Shown here piece after piece: positions 55,073 to 64,000 of a DNA stretch of 64,000 nucleotides. The stretch lies in contig JAFTCN010000066.1 in the NCBI GenBank assembly GCA_017454675.1, positions 1,579 to 65,578 of the forward strand, in the 5' to 3' direction. Each line of letters starts with the position of its first letter. The first letter of the stretch is position 1. Below the pieces are notes generated by a model. The model saw only the letters and a list, made by a program, of their open reading frames with translations, did no database searches and was not told the origin of the DNA. The position numbers and the translations under genes are program-made. The DNA comes from Clostridia bacterium (GTDB lineage: Bacteria; Bacillota; Clostridia; Oscillospirales; CAG-272).

Positions 55073-56032
55073 TCAGCCGGCGATTATCACGCCTTCGAGC
55101 GTGACTGTACCGTAGTCGGTGCCGCTGAACTTGATGTTGAGATTCTGCTCCATCACCACGTCGAGAGTTCCTGTTCCGCCGGCGAGCGGGACTTCCATCT
55201 CAAAGTTTCCGATCTCGAGCTCGGCGCGCTTGTTGCTGAACTCCTTTTCGGTTTCGGTCGTGTAGTATTTACGGGTGACTCCGCCGACAGTTATCGTCGA
55301 TGTTCTGTTTCCTATTTGGATCGAATAGCAGCTGAGCTTTACGGTAAAGCGGATCTTCATTCCGTCCGTGTCGCGGGTGACGGTCTCGTAATCGAGTATG
55401 AGCTTCAGATATCCGTTCGGATCGACGTTCTTCGAAAATCTTCCAGAGATCGGCGAGAGGTCCGAATGAGCCGTGGGCTCAGGCGACGTCGTAACCGCCG
55501 GAGACGTCGTAACAGCCGGAGAGGTCGTAACAGCCGGAGAGGTCGTAACCGCCGGAAACGTCGTAACCGCCGGAGACGTCGTAACCGCCGGAGACGTCGT
55601 AACCGCCGGAAACGTCGTAACAGCCGGAGAGGTCGTAACTGCCGGAGACGTCGTAACAGCCGGAGACGTCGTAACAGCCGGAGAGGTCGTAACTGCCGGA
55701 GACGTCGTAACAGCCGGAGACGTCGTAACTGCCGGAGAGGTCGTAACAGCCGGAGAGGTCGTAACTGCCGGAGACGTTGTGACGGCGGGAGACGTCGTAA
55801 AGACAGGCGACGTCGTTACTGCCGGTTCCGACGTACCTGAAGGTGCTCCCGCGGTCCCGGGCGCCAAAGAACCTCCGGGCGCGTCCGTCAGGGCCCCGGA
55901 GGACACAGCCGTGTCAGACGTCTGACCTCCCGGATTGATGTTGATATGCAGTCTGCACGACGCAAGAGGTATGAGTGCGGCGATCGAGATGAATGCCGCT
56001 GCGATCCTTGTGATCCTTACAGATTTTTTCAT
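55073..56032 (-). CDS. Surface lipoprotein with ~20 tandem S/T/P hexapeptide (SPAVTT) repeats
   Basis: Start ATG 56032 (MKKSVRITR) avoids overlap with rnhA. LASC lipobox, (SPAVTT)n linker and a ~130-aa beta-rich C-terminal domain of unknown function. Confidence 0.7.
   Translation of the reverse strand: MKKSVRITRIAAAFISIAALIPLASCRLHININPGGQTSDTAVSSGALTDAPGGSLAPGTAGAPSGTSEPAVTTSPVFTTSPAVTTSPAVTTSPAVTTSPAVTTSPAVTTSPAVTTSPAVTTSPAVTTSPAVTTSPAVTTFPAVTTSPAVTTSPAVTTFPAVTTSPAVTTSPAVTTSPAVTTSPEPTAHSDLSPISGRFSKNVDPNGYLKLILDYETVTRDTDGMKIRFTVKLSCYSIQIGNRTSTITVGGVTRKYYTTETEKEFSNKRAELEIGNFEMEVPLAGGTGTLDVVMEQNLNIKFSGTDYGTVTLEGVIIAG
55482..55823. repeat. 19 tandem copies of an 18-bp unit (GGAGACGTCGTAACCGCC type) encoding SPAVTT
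   Basis: Read directly from the sequence. Variants differ mainly at 2-3 positions per unit. It lies inside CDS 55073..56032. Confidence 0.9.
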
Positions 56033-56058
56033 TCCGTTGTCCTGATTACCTGTCCCTG

Positions 56059-56505
56059 TCATTTCTTTCCCGTAAAGGCCGCGGCATACGACCGGGCGAT
56101 CAGGTCGCACCGCTCGTTGCGGGGGTCACCGTCGTGGCCTTTTACCCAAACGTATCTCACGCTGTGTGCGGAGTTGAGATCCAGGAGCCTGTCCCAGAGG
56201 TCTGTGTTCAGGGCGGGCGACCTGTCGGCTCTCTTCCAGCCGTTCCGCTTCCATTTCTCGGCCCATCCGAGCATTATCGAATCCGCCAGGTATTTCGAAT
56301 CGGTGTGTATGACGACCTCGCACGGTTCCTTGAGGACCTCGAGTGCGCGGATCGCAGCGGTGAGTTCCATGCGGTTGTTGGTGGTCTCGGCTTCGCCGCC
56401 GGCCATGACCTTTTCGGCACCGGATACCGCGAGTATGCATGCCCAGCCCCCGGGTCCGGGATTGCCGAGGCACGAGCCGTCGGTGTAAATATCGACAGTT
56501 TTCAA
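56059..56505 (-). CDS. rnhA: Ribonuclease HI
   Basis: IYTDGSCLGNPGPGGW, TNNRMEL, HTDSKY and WVKGH..NE.CD catalytic DEDD context. TTG start with GGAGGA upstream. Confidence 0.9.
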   Translation of the reverse strand: MKTVDIYTDGSCLGNPGPGGWACILAVSGAEKVMAGGEAETTNNRMELTAAIRALEVLKEPCEVVIHTDSKYLADSIMLGWAEKWKRNGWKRADRSPALNTDLWDRLLDLNSAHSVRYVWVKGHDGDPRNERCDLIARSYAAAFTGKK

Positions 56506-56541
56506 ATCTGCGCGATCTCCTCCACAGTTATTGTTTGTAAA

Positions 56542-56570
56542 ATTATATCACAATTTGCATTATAAGGCAA
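56542..56570 (-). promoter_or_regulatory. Promoter of rnhA
   Basis: Reverse strand reads TTGCCT-17 nt-TATAAT with an extended TGa. Confidence 0.5.
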
Positions 56571-56577
56571 GAAATAC

Positions 56578-56606
56578 TTGATTTATGACCGATAATGGAG
56601 TATAAT
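56578..56606 (+). promoter_or_regulatory. Promoter of the acyltransferase-like gene
   Basis: TTGATT-17 nt-TATAAT. Confidence 0.5.
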
Positions 56607-56617
56607 ACGTTAAATTC

Positions 56618-57607
56618 ATGAAAGGCGGTGACACAATGGAAAACGAAAACGATGTCACTTCACGGGAGGTAAAGGCCGGCGTGGCCGCGGAAGCGGAGAA
56701 GACGGCCGAGGAGAATCCGCTTGCCTACCGCAAACGCAAAAGACGTCTCGGTGACCGGTCGGACGGACGAAGGCTCCGTTCGCTTGAGCCTATGCACAAG
56801 CTCATGCCGTTCATTATGGCGAGACGCAGTGACGCGCTGAACACCTTTTATGACCGTATCGATGTAGGACGCGCCGAAGATCTCTGCCGGAGAAAGGCCA
56901 GAGAGGGACTGACGCACTTCACGATCCTCCACGTTATCCTCGCTTCGTATCTGCGGACGATCGCCGAGCGGCCGGGAATCAACCGCTTCGTCAGCGGTCA
57001 GCGGATATTCGCCAGAAACGAGATCGTGTTCGTCATGACGGTCAAGAAGGAGATGGCGCTCAACGCCCCCGAAACTCTCATAAAGGTCAAATTCAATCCG
57101 ACCGACACCCTCGACACGGTGTATGAGAAATTCAACACGACGGCCCAGGAGGCGATCGCCTCGCTCGACGTTCCGACGAGCTTCGACAAGGTCTGCAAAC
57201 TCTTCAACGTCATGCCGAGGTTCATGCTGCGTTTCCTCGTATGGCTGCTCAACTGGCTCGACTACCACGGCATCATGCCGAAGTCGCTGCTCGAGGTCCT
57301 TCCGTTCTACGGTTCGATGATCATCACGAGCATGGGGTCGCTCGGGATAAACCCGATCTACCACCACATCTACGACTTCGGAAACCTGCCCGTCTTTATC
57401 TCCTACGGGATAAAGAAGGTGGCCTTCGAGTACGACAGGAAGGGCAATCTCTCGAAGCACCGGTATATCGAACTCAAGGTCGTGACCGACGAGCGTATCT
57501 GCGACGGACACTATTTCGCTTCAGCCTTCAAGATCTTCAGAAGGTACGTCGAGCACCCCGAGATGCTCGAAGTCCCGCCTGAGAGGATATACGAGGACGT
57601 CGACTGA
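56618..57607 (+). CDS. 2-oxoacid dehydrogenase acyltransferase catalytic-domain-like protein (no lipoyl domain)
   Basis: The C-terminal VVTDERICDGHYFASAF aligns with the DHRxxDG active-site motif of E2/CAT-fold acyltransferases. The start could be ATG 56618 or 56636. Confidence 0.55.
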   Translation: MKGGDTMENENDVTSREVKAGVAAEAEKTAEENPLAYRKRKRRLGDRSDGRRLRSLEPMHKLMPFIMARRSDALNTFYDRIDVGRAEDLCRRKAREGLTHFTILHVILASYLRTIAERPGINRFVSGQRIFARNEIVFVMTVKKEMALNAPETLIKVKFNPTDTLDTVYEKFNTTAQEAIASLDVPTSFDKVCKLFNVMPRFMLRFLVWLLNWLDYHGIMPKSLLEVLPFYGSMIITSMGSLGINPIYHHIYDFGNLPVFISYGIKKVAFEYDRKGNLSKHRYIELKVVTDERICDGHYFASAFKIFRRYVEHPEMLEVPPERIYEDVD

Positions 57608-57613
57608 CGTCAT

Positions 57614-57650
57614 GCGGACGGATGTGCATATCCGTCCGCGCTTTTTGCTT
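57614..57650 (+). terminator. Intrinsic terminator after the acyltransferase-like gene
   Basis: GCGGACGGAT-6 nt loop-ATCCGTCCGC followed by GCTTTTTGCTTTG. Confidence 0.75.
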
Positions 57651-57782
57651 TGTGTGAATTTTTTGCGCCGCGCAGTGTTCATCAGCTTCGCAAAATGACC
57701 GATAAACAGGCTGTTTATATCGAAATTATACGAAAAAAATGAATTTTTCACCGGATTTTCCTTCAAAAATCGCTTTTTCTTA

Positions 57783-57811
57783 TTGACGCACCGACAGCAT
57801 TGTGATATAAT
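57783..57811 (+). promoter_or_regulatory. Promoter of the citrate synthase-aconitase-icd cluster
   Basis: TTGACG-17 nt-TATAAT with an extended -10 TGa. Confidence 0.55.
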
Positions 57812-57903
57812 ATTGCATTATATCCGCTGCCCGCCTTCTGTATCCTTACGTAATGAGGAAAGAAAGCGAATGCGGGAGAACGGAAAAGGAAAGTGGTACG
57901 ACA

Positions 57904-59271
57904 ATGAACTATCAGACCGTGGATATCGAAAAGGAATTCAAGTATCTCGCCGACAGATACAACCCGGACGGGGAATTCGACGCCAAGCTGTATACGATGT
58001 CCAACGCCAAGCGGGGCCTGCGCAACGCCGACGGCACCGGCATCGTCGCCGGCATCACCAGGATCAGCAACGTTCACGGATATCTCATAAACGAATACGA
58101 ACGGGTGCCGGTGGACGGCGAGCTCTTTTACCGCGGCGTGAACGTCGCGGATATCGTCGCAGCCTGCTCGAAGGAGGACAGGTTCGGATACGACGAAGCC
58201 TCGTGGCTCCTGCTGTTCGGCGAGCTTCCCACGCGCGACGACCTCGAGCTCTACAGCAGACTGATCCAGAAATGCCGCCAGATACCGAACGACTTCATCG
58301 ATGACGTCATAATGCGCAACCCCTGCCGGGACATAATGAACAAGCTCGCGAGGTCGGTGCTCTCGCTCTATGCCTACGACGAGGATCCCGACAACACGAG
58401 CGAGGTCAACTCGCTTCGCCAGTCGATGGAGCTCATAGGCAGGCTGCCGGTCATGATGGTCGCCGCGTATCAGGCCAAGCGCCGCGCCTTCGACTACGAG
58501 AGCATGTTCCTTCACATGCCGCTCGTCGGTCTGTCGACAGCCGAGAACATCCTCTCGACGCTGCGCGCCGACAGGCAGTTCACGCACGAGGAGGCGCTGC
58601 TCCTCGACCGCTGCATGATCCTCCACGCCGAGCACGGCGGAGGCAACAACTCCGCCTTCGTCTGCAGGGCGGTCACCTCTTCGGGCACCGACATCTACTC
58701 TGCGATCTCTGCAGCCATCGGTGCTCTCAAGGGTCCGAGACACGGCGGAGCCAACCTGAAGGTCTGCGACATGCTCGACGACATAAAGGAACATGTGCGT
58801 GACATCCGCGACGACGACGAGATACGCAATTATCTTGTTAAAATATTCAACCGCGAGGCGGGCGACGGCACCGGCCTCATCTACGGCATGGGGCACGCGG
58901 TATACACCAGGAGCGACCCCCGCGCCGTCATCCTCAAGCGCGAGGCGGAGAAGCTGGTCGACGAAAAAGGATTCAGAGACGATTTCACACTGCTCGACGC
59001 GGTCGAGAGACTGTCGCCTTCGATCCTGAACGCGAAGATGATAGACGACACCGGCATCTGCGCCAATGTCGACATGTACTCAGGCCTCGTATACCGCATG
59101 CTCGGCATCCCCAGGGAGCTCTTTACGCCGCTGTTCGCGGTCTCGAGGATGGCGGGATGGTGCGCCCACAGGCTCGAGGAGATCCAGACCTGCCACAGGA
59201 TCATGAGACCGGCGTACAGACCGCTCACTAAGAGCGTTGAATACGTACCGCTCGACGAAAGGAAGAACTGA
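57904..59271 (+). CDS. Citrate synthase
   Basis: HAEHGGGNNS and GMGHAVY catalytic-histidine blocks. Start ATG 57904 (MNYQTVDIEKEF) with AAAGGAAAG upstream. Confidence 0.85.
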   Translation: MNYQTVDIEKEFKYLADRYNPDGEFDAKLYTMSNAKRGLRNADGTGIVAGITRISNVHGYLINEYERVPVDGELFYRGVNVADIVAACSKEDRFGYDEASWLLLFGELPTRDDLELYSRLIQKCRQIPNDFIDDVIMRNPCRDIMNKLARSVLSLYAYDEDPDNTSEVNSLRQSMELIGRLPVMMVAAYQAKRRAFDYESMFLHMPLVGLSTAENILSTLRADRQFTHEEALLLDRCMILHAEHGGGNNSAFVCRAVTSSGTDIYSAISAAIGALKGPRHGGANLKVCDMLDDIKEHVRDIRDDDEIRNYLVKIFNREAGDGTGLIYGMGHAVYTRSDPRAVILKREAEKLVDEKGFRDDFTLLDAVERLSPSILNAKMIDDTGICANVDMYSGLVYRMLGIPRELFTPLFAVSRMAGWCAHRLEEIQTCHRIMRPAYRPLTKSVEYVPLDERKN

Positions 59272-59274
59272 CCG

Positions 59275-61212
59275 ATGGGACTCGGAGTCGCACAGAAACT
59301 TATAGCGGCGCATCTCGTCTCGGGAGATATGAAAAAGACCGGCGAAGAGATCGGTCTGAAGATCGACCAGACCCTGACTCAGGACGCCACCGGTACTATG
59401 GCCTATCTCGAATTCGAGGCTATGAAGATACCGAGGGTGAGGACAGAGCTGTCGGTCGCCTATATCGATCACAACACGCTCCAGACCGGATTCGAGAACG
59501 CCGACGACCACCGCTTCATACAGTCCGCCGCCAGGAAATACGGGCTGATCTTTTCGCGCCCGGGCAACGGCATCTGCCATCAGGTGCATCTTGAGCGCTT
59601 CGGGATACCCGGCAAGACCCTTATCGGATCCGACAGTCACACTCCGACGGCCGGAGGCCTGGGTATGCTGGCTTTCGGCGCGGGAGGCCTTGACGTGGCA
59701 GTCGCGATGGGAGGCGGAACATACTATATCAATATGCCGAAGATCGTCCGGATCGAACTCACCGGCAGCCTGCCCGAATGGGTATCGGCGAAGGACGTCA
59801 TCCTCGAAGTCCTGCGGAGACTGTCGGTAAAGGGCGGAGTAGGAAAGATAATGGAGTACTGCGGGGAGGGCGTCCGCACTCTGTCGGTCCCCGAGCGCGC
59901 CACGATAACCAATATGGGAGCCGAACTCGGAGCGACTACGTCGGTGTTTCCGTCGGATGACATAACGCGGAAATTCCTGCGTGCGCAGGGCAGAGAGAGC
60001 GCCTGGCGCGAGATCCTCGCCGACCCCGACGCGGAATACGACGAATATGTCACGGTCGACCTGTCGTCTCTCGAGCCGCTGGCGGCATGCCCCCACAGTC
60101 CCGACAACGTCGTGGCGGTGAAGGACGCGGGGAACATCGTGATAGACCAGGTTTGCGTCGGTTCGTGCACCAACTCGTCGCTGTCTGACATGCTGAAGGT
60201 AGCCGGGATACTGAAGGGCAGGAAGATCGCCGACGGCGTATCGCTCACCGTCACGCCCGGCTCGAGACAGGTATATTCGATGCTCTCGCGCTGCGGAGCG
60301 CTTTCTGACATCATCGACGCCGGAGCCAGGGTGCTTGAGTGCACCTGCGGCCCTTGCATAGGAATGGGACAGTCGCCGGTCAGCTCTGGCATTTCGCTGC
60401 GCACCTTCAACCGCAATTTCAAGGGAAGGTCTGGCACCACGGACGCCGGAGTGTACCTCGTGAGCCCCGAGACGGCCGCCGCTTCGGCGATATCCGGAAA
60501 ACTCACCGACCCACGGACGCTCGGAAAGATGCCGGAGATCAGGCTGCCCGACAGATTCGATGTGAACGACAATCTGCTGATTCCGCCCGCTCCCGCGGAC
60601 GAGGCGGCCTCACTCGAGACGGTCAAGGGACCGAACATAAAGGAATTTCCGTCGTCGGGACCGCTTCCCGACAGTATCGACTGCACCTGCGTGCTCAAGG
60701 TCGGAGACAACATCACGACCGACCACATCATGCCCGCCGGCGCGAAGATCCTGCCTTACAGATCCAACATACCCTATCTTTCGAAATTCTGCTTCGCCGT
60801 CTGCGACGAAAGCTTCCCCGAGCGCGCGAAGGCTGCCGGAGGCGGCATAATTGTCGGGGGCGAAAACTACGGTCAGGGTTCGTCGCGCGAGCACGCGGCC
60901 CTGGTGCCGCTGTATCTGGGGATAAAGGCGGTGGCGGCGAAATCGTTCGCGCGCATACACGCCGCTAATCTGGTAAACGCGGGGATACTTCCGCTGGTAT
61001 TCGACGATCCCGCCGACTGCGACCGCCTCGCGCAGGGCGAGCGCATCGTGATCGACGGTCTTCGTGAAGCCGTCGCCGGGTCTGACACGCTCACGGCTCA
61101 TGCCGGGGAGGGCGCATCACGCCGCGACGTCGTATTCAGACTTGCGCTGACCGGACGTCAGCGCGAGATCATTCTCGCGGGAGGACTGCTGAACTATACC
61201 GGTTCGGTCTGA
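59275..61212 (+). CDS. Aconitate hydratase (short ~645-aa form)
   Basis: Fe-S cluster ligand contexts GSDSHT, GSCTNSS and CGPCIG. Swivel domain with [14 protein letters not shown]. Confidence 0.8.
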   Translation: MGLGVAQKLIAAHLVSGDMKKTGEEIGLKIDQTLTQDATGTMAYLEFEAMKIPRVRTELSVAYIDHNTLQTGFENADDHRFIQSAARKYGLIFSRPGNGICHQVHLERFGIPGKTLIGSDSHTPTAGGLGMLAFGAGGLDVAVAMGGGTYYINMPKIVRIELTGSLPEWVSAKDVILEVLRRLSVKGGVGKIMEYCGEGVRTLSVPERATITNMGAELGATTSVFPSDDITRKFLRAQGRESAWREILADPDAEYDEYVTVDLSSLEPLAACPHSPDNVVAVKDAGNIVIDQVCVGSCTNSSLSDMLKVAGILKGRKIADGVSLTVTPGSRQVYSMLSRCGALSDIIDAGARVLECTCGPCIGMGQSPVSSGISLRTFNRNFKGRSGTTDAGVYLVSPETAAASAISGKLTDPRTLGKMPEIRLPDRFDVNDNLLIPPAPADEAASLETVKGPNIKEFPSSGPLPDSIDCTCVLKVGDNITTDHIMPAGAKILPYRSNIPYLSKFCFAVCDESFPERAKAAGGGIIVGGENYGQGSSREHAALVPLYLGIKAVAAKSFARIHAANLVNAGILPLVFDDPADCDRLAQGERIVIDGLREAVAGSDTLTAHAGEGASRRDVVFRLALTGRQREIILAGGLLNYTGSV

Positions 61213-61222
61213 TGATACTGCA

Positions 61223-62416
61223 ATGGAAAAGATAAGAATGAGCACGCCGCTCGTCGAGATCGACGGCGACGAGATGACGAGGATCATCTGGAAAGAGATA
61301 AAGGACATACTTATACTGCCGTATGTCGACCTGAAGAGCGAATACTACGATCTCAGCCTCCCCGAACGCGACCGGACATCCGACGCCGTTACTGTCGAGG
61401 CAGCAAGAGCGGCGAAGAGACTCGGAGTGGCGGTTAAATGCGCCACGATAACCCCGAACAGGCAGAGGGTGGAGGAATACGGCCTGCACGAGATGTGGAA
61501 GAGCCCCAACGCCACCATAAGAGCAGAGCTCGACGGGACCGTCTTCCGCACGCCCGTAACGGTAAAGAACATAAAGCCGGCGGTATCGGGCTGGAAGAAG
61601 CCGATCACCGTCGCGAGACACGCCTTCGGAGACATATATAAGGCGTCCGAGCTGCGCACGGCCGGCGGAGGCAGGGCGGAGCTCGTGTTCACGGCCGACT
61701 CGGGAGAGAAGACGTCGCTCGAGATAGCAAAGCTCGAAGGCCCCGGAGTCCTTCAGGGACAGTTCAACAAAGAGTCGTCGATCCGGTCGTTCGCTCACTC
61801 CTGCTTCAGATACGCCCTCTCGGCCGGAGAGGACCTGTGGTTCTCGACAAAGGACACCATTTCCAAACAGTACGACCAGACGTTCAAGCTGATCTTCGAG
61901 GAGATCTTTGAGAACTGCTACAGGGCCGATTTCGAGAAGGCCGGATTAAAGTATTTTTACACCCTGATCGACGACGCCGTCGCCCGCGTTATCCGCTCTG
62001 AGGGCGGGTTCATATGGGCGCTGAAGAACTACGACGGCGACGTAATGAGCGACATGATCTCCACCGCGTTCGGTTCTCTCGCGATGATGACATCCGTACT
62101 CGTGTCGCCCGACGGAAAATTCGAATACGAGGCCGCCCACGGCACTGTGACAAAGCACTACTACAGACGGCTGAAGGGAGAGAAGACCTCGACGAACCCG
62201 ATCGCCACCGTCTTCGCCTGGACCGGAGCTCTCCGCAAGCGCGGCGAGCTGGACGGCACCTGCGAGCTGTGCGCTTTCGCTGACAGGCTCGAGAAGGCCT
62301 GCATCGACACCGTCGAATCGGGCGTCATGACCGGAGACCTGACTCCGCTCGCCGAAGGCCCTGCCGAGAAGGTCGATACAGAGACTTTTCTCGCCGCCGT
62401 CGCATCTAAGCTCTGA
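61223..62416 (+). CDS. icd: NADP-dependent isocitrate dehydrogenase (homodimeric type II, ~400 aa)
   Basis: [14 protein letters not shown]-terminus, CATITPN and [10 protein letters not shown]. The start could be 61223 or 61238. Confidence 0.85.
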   Translation: MEKIRMSTPLVEIDGDEMTRIIWKEIKDILILPYVDLKSEYYDLSLPERDRTSDAVTVEAARAAKRLGVAVKCATITPNRQRVEEYGLHEMWKSPNATIRAELDGTVFRTPVTVKNIKPAVSGWKKPITVARHAFGDIYKASELRTAGGGRAELVFTADSGEKTSLEIAKLEGPGVLQGQFNKESSIRSFAHSCFRYALSAGEDLWFSTKDTISKQYDQTFKLIFEEIFENCYRADFEKAGLKYFYTLIDDAVARVIRSEGGFIWALKNYDGDVMSDMISTAFGSLAMMTSVLVSPDGKFEYEAAHGTVTKHYYRRLKGEKTSTNPIATVFAWTGALRKRGELDGTCELCAFADRLEKACIDTVESGVMTGDLTPLAEGPAEKVDTETFLAAVASKL

Positions 62417-62561
62417 TCCGGAAATGCAGCTTGAAAGATCGACGGTAAAGCTTCAGCGGGTGCGCAAGGGAGATAACGCTCGTCTGATCCGGGGATCCGG
62501 TCCAGCGGCCTCTCCGGGAGCAGGTAATATCGATTCATGATCCGTGATAAAGGAGAGAACC

Positions 62562-64000
62562 ATGACAGAAAAAAGATTTGAAGAGCTCGCAGCCGTGCAG
62601 TGCTCATCTGCCGCGACGTCGGCACACGCGGGAGGAGGCCCCGGAAGGCCGTTCTGGAACCCGCAGTCGACCGAATTCATGTATGTTCCCGCGTTTCAGT
62701 TCGCGCCTCAGCCGGGCTGCGCCGGATACAGGTACAGAGCAAAGGGCTCAGACGGAGTGATCCGCACCTTCGACGCTCCGACGGCTTCGGCGTCGCTCGA
62801 GCCGGTGTGGCGTGAACTTCCCGAGGGAGTCGTCGAGCTGACCGTGCGTCCGTTCGGCGCCGACGGAGAGGAGTGGCCCCTTTGCGGAGCCCGGACCTTC
62901 TTCAGACTCTCGCCGTTCCCGTCGGATCTTCCTCCGGCGGCAAGAAGCTGGAGGGACTCGGTGCTCGCGGTCTACGACTACGCCATCGGACAGAGCTTCC
63001 TAACTCACTGGCTGACACACGGCACCCCCGACCCCGATTACGACAGATACGTCTACCCCAGCAAGATGGTCCCGACCGTTATCGAGGCCATGATAAACTA
63101 TTCAAAGCTGCGGCCCGAACGCTCGGCCGACGCGATAAGGATCGCCCGCGCCGCGGCCGACTGGCTCATCGGGATCACTCCGGGAGAAGGAGCGCCTCTC
63201 GCACATCTGCCGCCGACATATTATATCAACTGGCGCCCGGATCCTGAAACGCGGACGAATCTCAAGGCGACATCCAGGATCGACTGGATCATGATGATCT
63301 ATCCGGCGCAGGTCGGTTCGGCATATATACGCCTGTGGAGCGCGACCGGCGATGAAAGATACCTCGGTGAGGCAATGAAGATCGGCGCCTGGTACCGGGA
63401 TCACGTCGAAGAGAACGGCAGCTGGTATATGATACGCCGCCTCTCCACAGGCGAGCCGGTGAACGGCCACTATTGCGGACCGATGGAGCTGATACTGCCC
63501 TTTCTCGAGAGCCTGTACGTGATCACCGGCGACGGTGTCTGGAAAAAACTCGCCGACGGCGCCGTCGGGTATGTCGAGAAGAGGATGCTCTCAAGCTACA
63601 ACTGGGAGGGGCAGTTCGAGGACAGTCCCTGCTCCGAGAACTACAACAACCTCTCACACTACTGCGCAGCCGCTCTTGTCAGATACCGCTGCCGCAACTG
63701 CCGGGACGATGAGGAAAAGATGGCTGAGGCCGACGATCTTTCGCGCTTCATAGAGGATCAGTTCGTCGTCTGGAAGACCCCGGCACCCTGGAACAAGTCA
63801 CATTTCGATCCCTCGCTGTGGCATACGCCCTGCGCGATGGAGCAGTACGACTGGTACGTGCCGATCGACAACAGCGCCGCCGACATCGCACAGACTTTTC
63901 TCGCGATGTACAAAGCGGGCAGGGGAGAGCTCTGGCTCGAGAAGGCGAAGGCGCTCTGCGATTCGATCACGAGGGTACAGCGGGCGGACGGCATGATCCC
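62562..64000 (+). CDS. Hypothetical protein, N-terminal 479 aa only (continues beyond window)
   Basis: ATG 62562 follows AAAGGAGAG. I hand-translated the frame with no stop through 64000 (MTEKRFEELAAVQCSS...WYMIRRLSTGEP...YDWYVPIDNSAADIAQTFLAMYKAG). It is rich in W/Y and helical-repeat-like, possibly a glycoside-hydrolase-like toroid, but that is only a guess. Confidence 0.5.
   Translation, partial: MTEKRFEELAAVQCSSAATSAHAGGGPGRPFWNPQSTEFMYVPAFQFAPQPGCAGYRYRAKGSDGVIRTFDAPTASASLEPVWRELPEGVVELTVRPFGADGEEWPLCGARTFFRLSPFPSDLPPAARSWRDSVLAVYDYAIGQSFLTHWLTHGTPDPDYDRYVYPSKMVPTVIEAMINYSKLRPERSADAIRIARAAADWLIGITPGEGAPLAHLPPTYYINWRPDPETRTNLKATSRIDWIMMIYPAQVGSAYIRLWSATGDERYLGEAMKIGAWYRDHVEENGSWYMIRRLSTGEPVNGHYCGPMELILPFLESLYVITGDGVWKKLADGAVGYVEKRMLSSYNWEGQFEDSPCSENYNNLSHYCAAALVRYRCRNCRDDEEKMAEADDLSRFIEDQFVVWKTPAPWNKSHFDPSLWHTPCAMEQYDWYVPIDNSAADIAQTFLAMYKAGRGELWLEKAKALCDSITRVQRADGMI

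Noticed and set aside
55482-55823. Possible CRISPR array (regular short repeats). The same idea was considered for 37508..37695.
   Set aside because: The repeats are contiguous with no unique spacers, the units are 18 and 7 nt, and no cas genes are in the window.
54881-55925. Plus-strand ORFs (319 aa Arg-rich, and 150 aa GDVVTA repeats) opposite the SPAVTT lipoprotein gene.
   Set aside because: They are antisense read-outs of the 18-bp repeat. The reverse-strand gene has a signal peptide, a lipobox and a sensible domain structure.
57904-62416. The citrate synthase-aconitase-isocitrate dehydrogenase cluster as something unusual.
   Set aside because: This is the ordinary oxidative TCA branch used by many anaerobes to make 2-oxoglutarate, with a standard gene order.

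Overview
64-kb chromosomal segment with high G+C (hand-counted 60-nt lines give about 60-65%). Several features point to a Gram-positive, Clostridia-like organism, which is an inference: AGGAGG-type RBSs, many TTGACA-17-TATAAT promoters, lipobox lipoproteins, a DnaD/DnaI-like loader pair, an IspH-S1 fusion and dnaG-sigA. I can support about 52 CDS and one tRNA-Thr(CGU). Most genes are housekeeping: murE, cmk-plsC-ispH/S1, galU, a dCMP deaminase, rimI-tsaD, dnaD/dnaI-like, rpmE, hflX, yigZ, dnaG-sigA, phoH-ybeY-lgt, rnhA, citrate synthase-aconitase-icd, and several ABC exporters. Two ORFs run off the window edges and are missing from the ORF track: a MacB/FtsX-like ABC fusion at 1..1758 (-) and an unknown protein at 62562..64000 (+). 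No integrase, transposase, CRISPR array, rRNA or prophage genes were seen. Five regions look non-ordinary. (1) A tightly coupled six-gene reverse-strand operon (51273..42432) encodes a Cys-rich polytopic protein, a BspA-type LRR lipoprotein, three SPFH/Band-7 paralogs and a P-type ATPase, all driven by a consensus promoter. (2) A low-GC (~43-45%) single-gene islet (38.7-42.4 kb) encodes a ~1056-aa ECF-type sigma domain fused to a large non-membrane C-terminal region. It is bracketed by ~130-145-nt imperfect direct repeats that each contain a bidirectional terminator hairpin. (3) A 204-nt cytosine-free array of ~26 heptamer repeats abuts the start codon of a GNAT gene. (4) A second low-GC islet has a consensus promoter, a strong-RBS 33-codon ORF and a small lipoprotein. 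(5) Several housekeeping-family proteins carry substituted catalytic residues or repeat insertions. All functional calls come from motifs read in the translations and remembered family knowledge. No database search was run.
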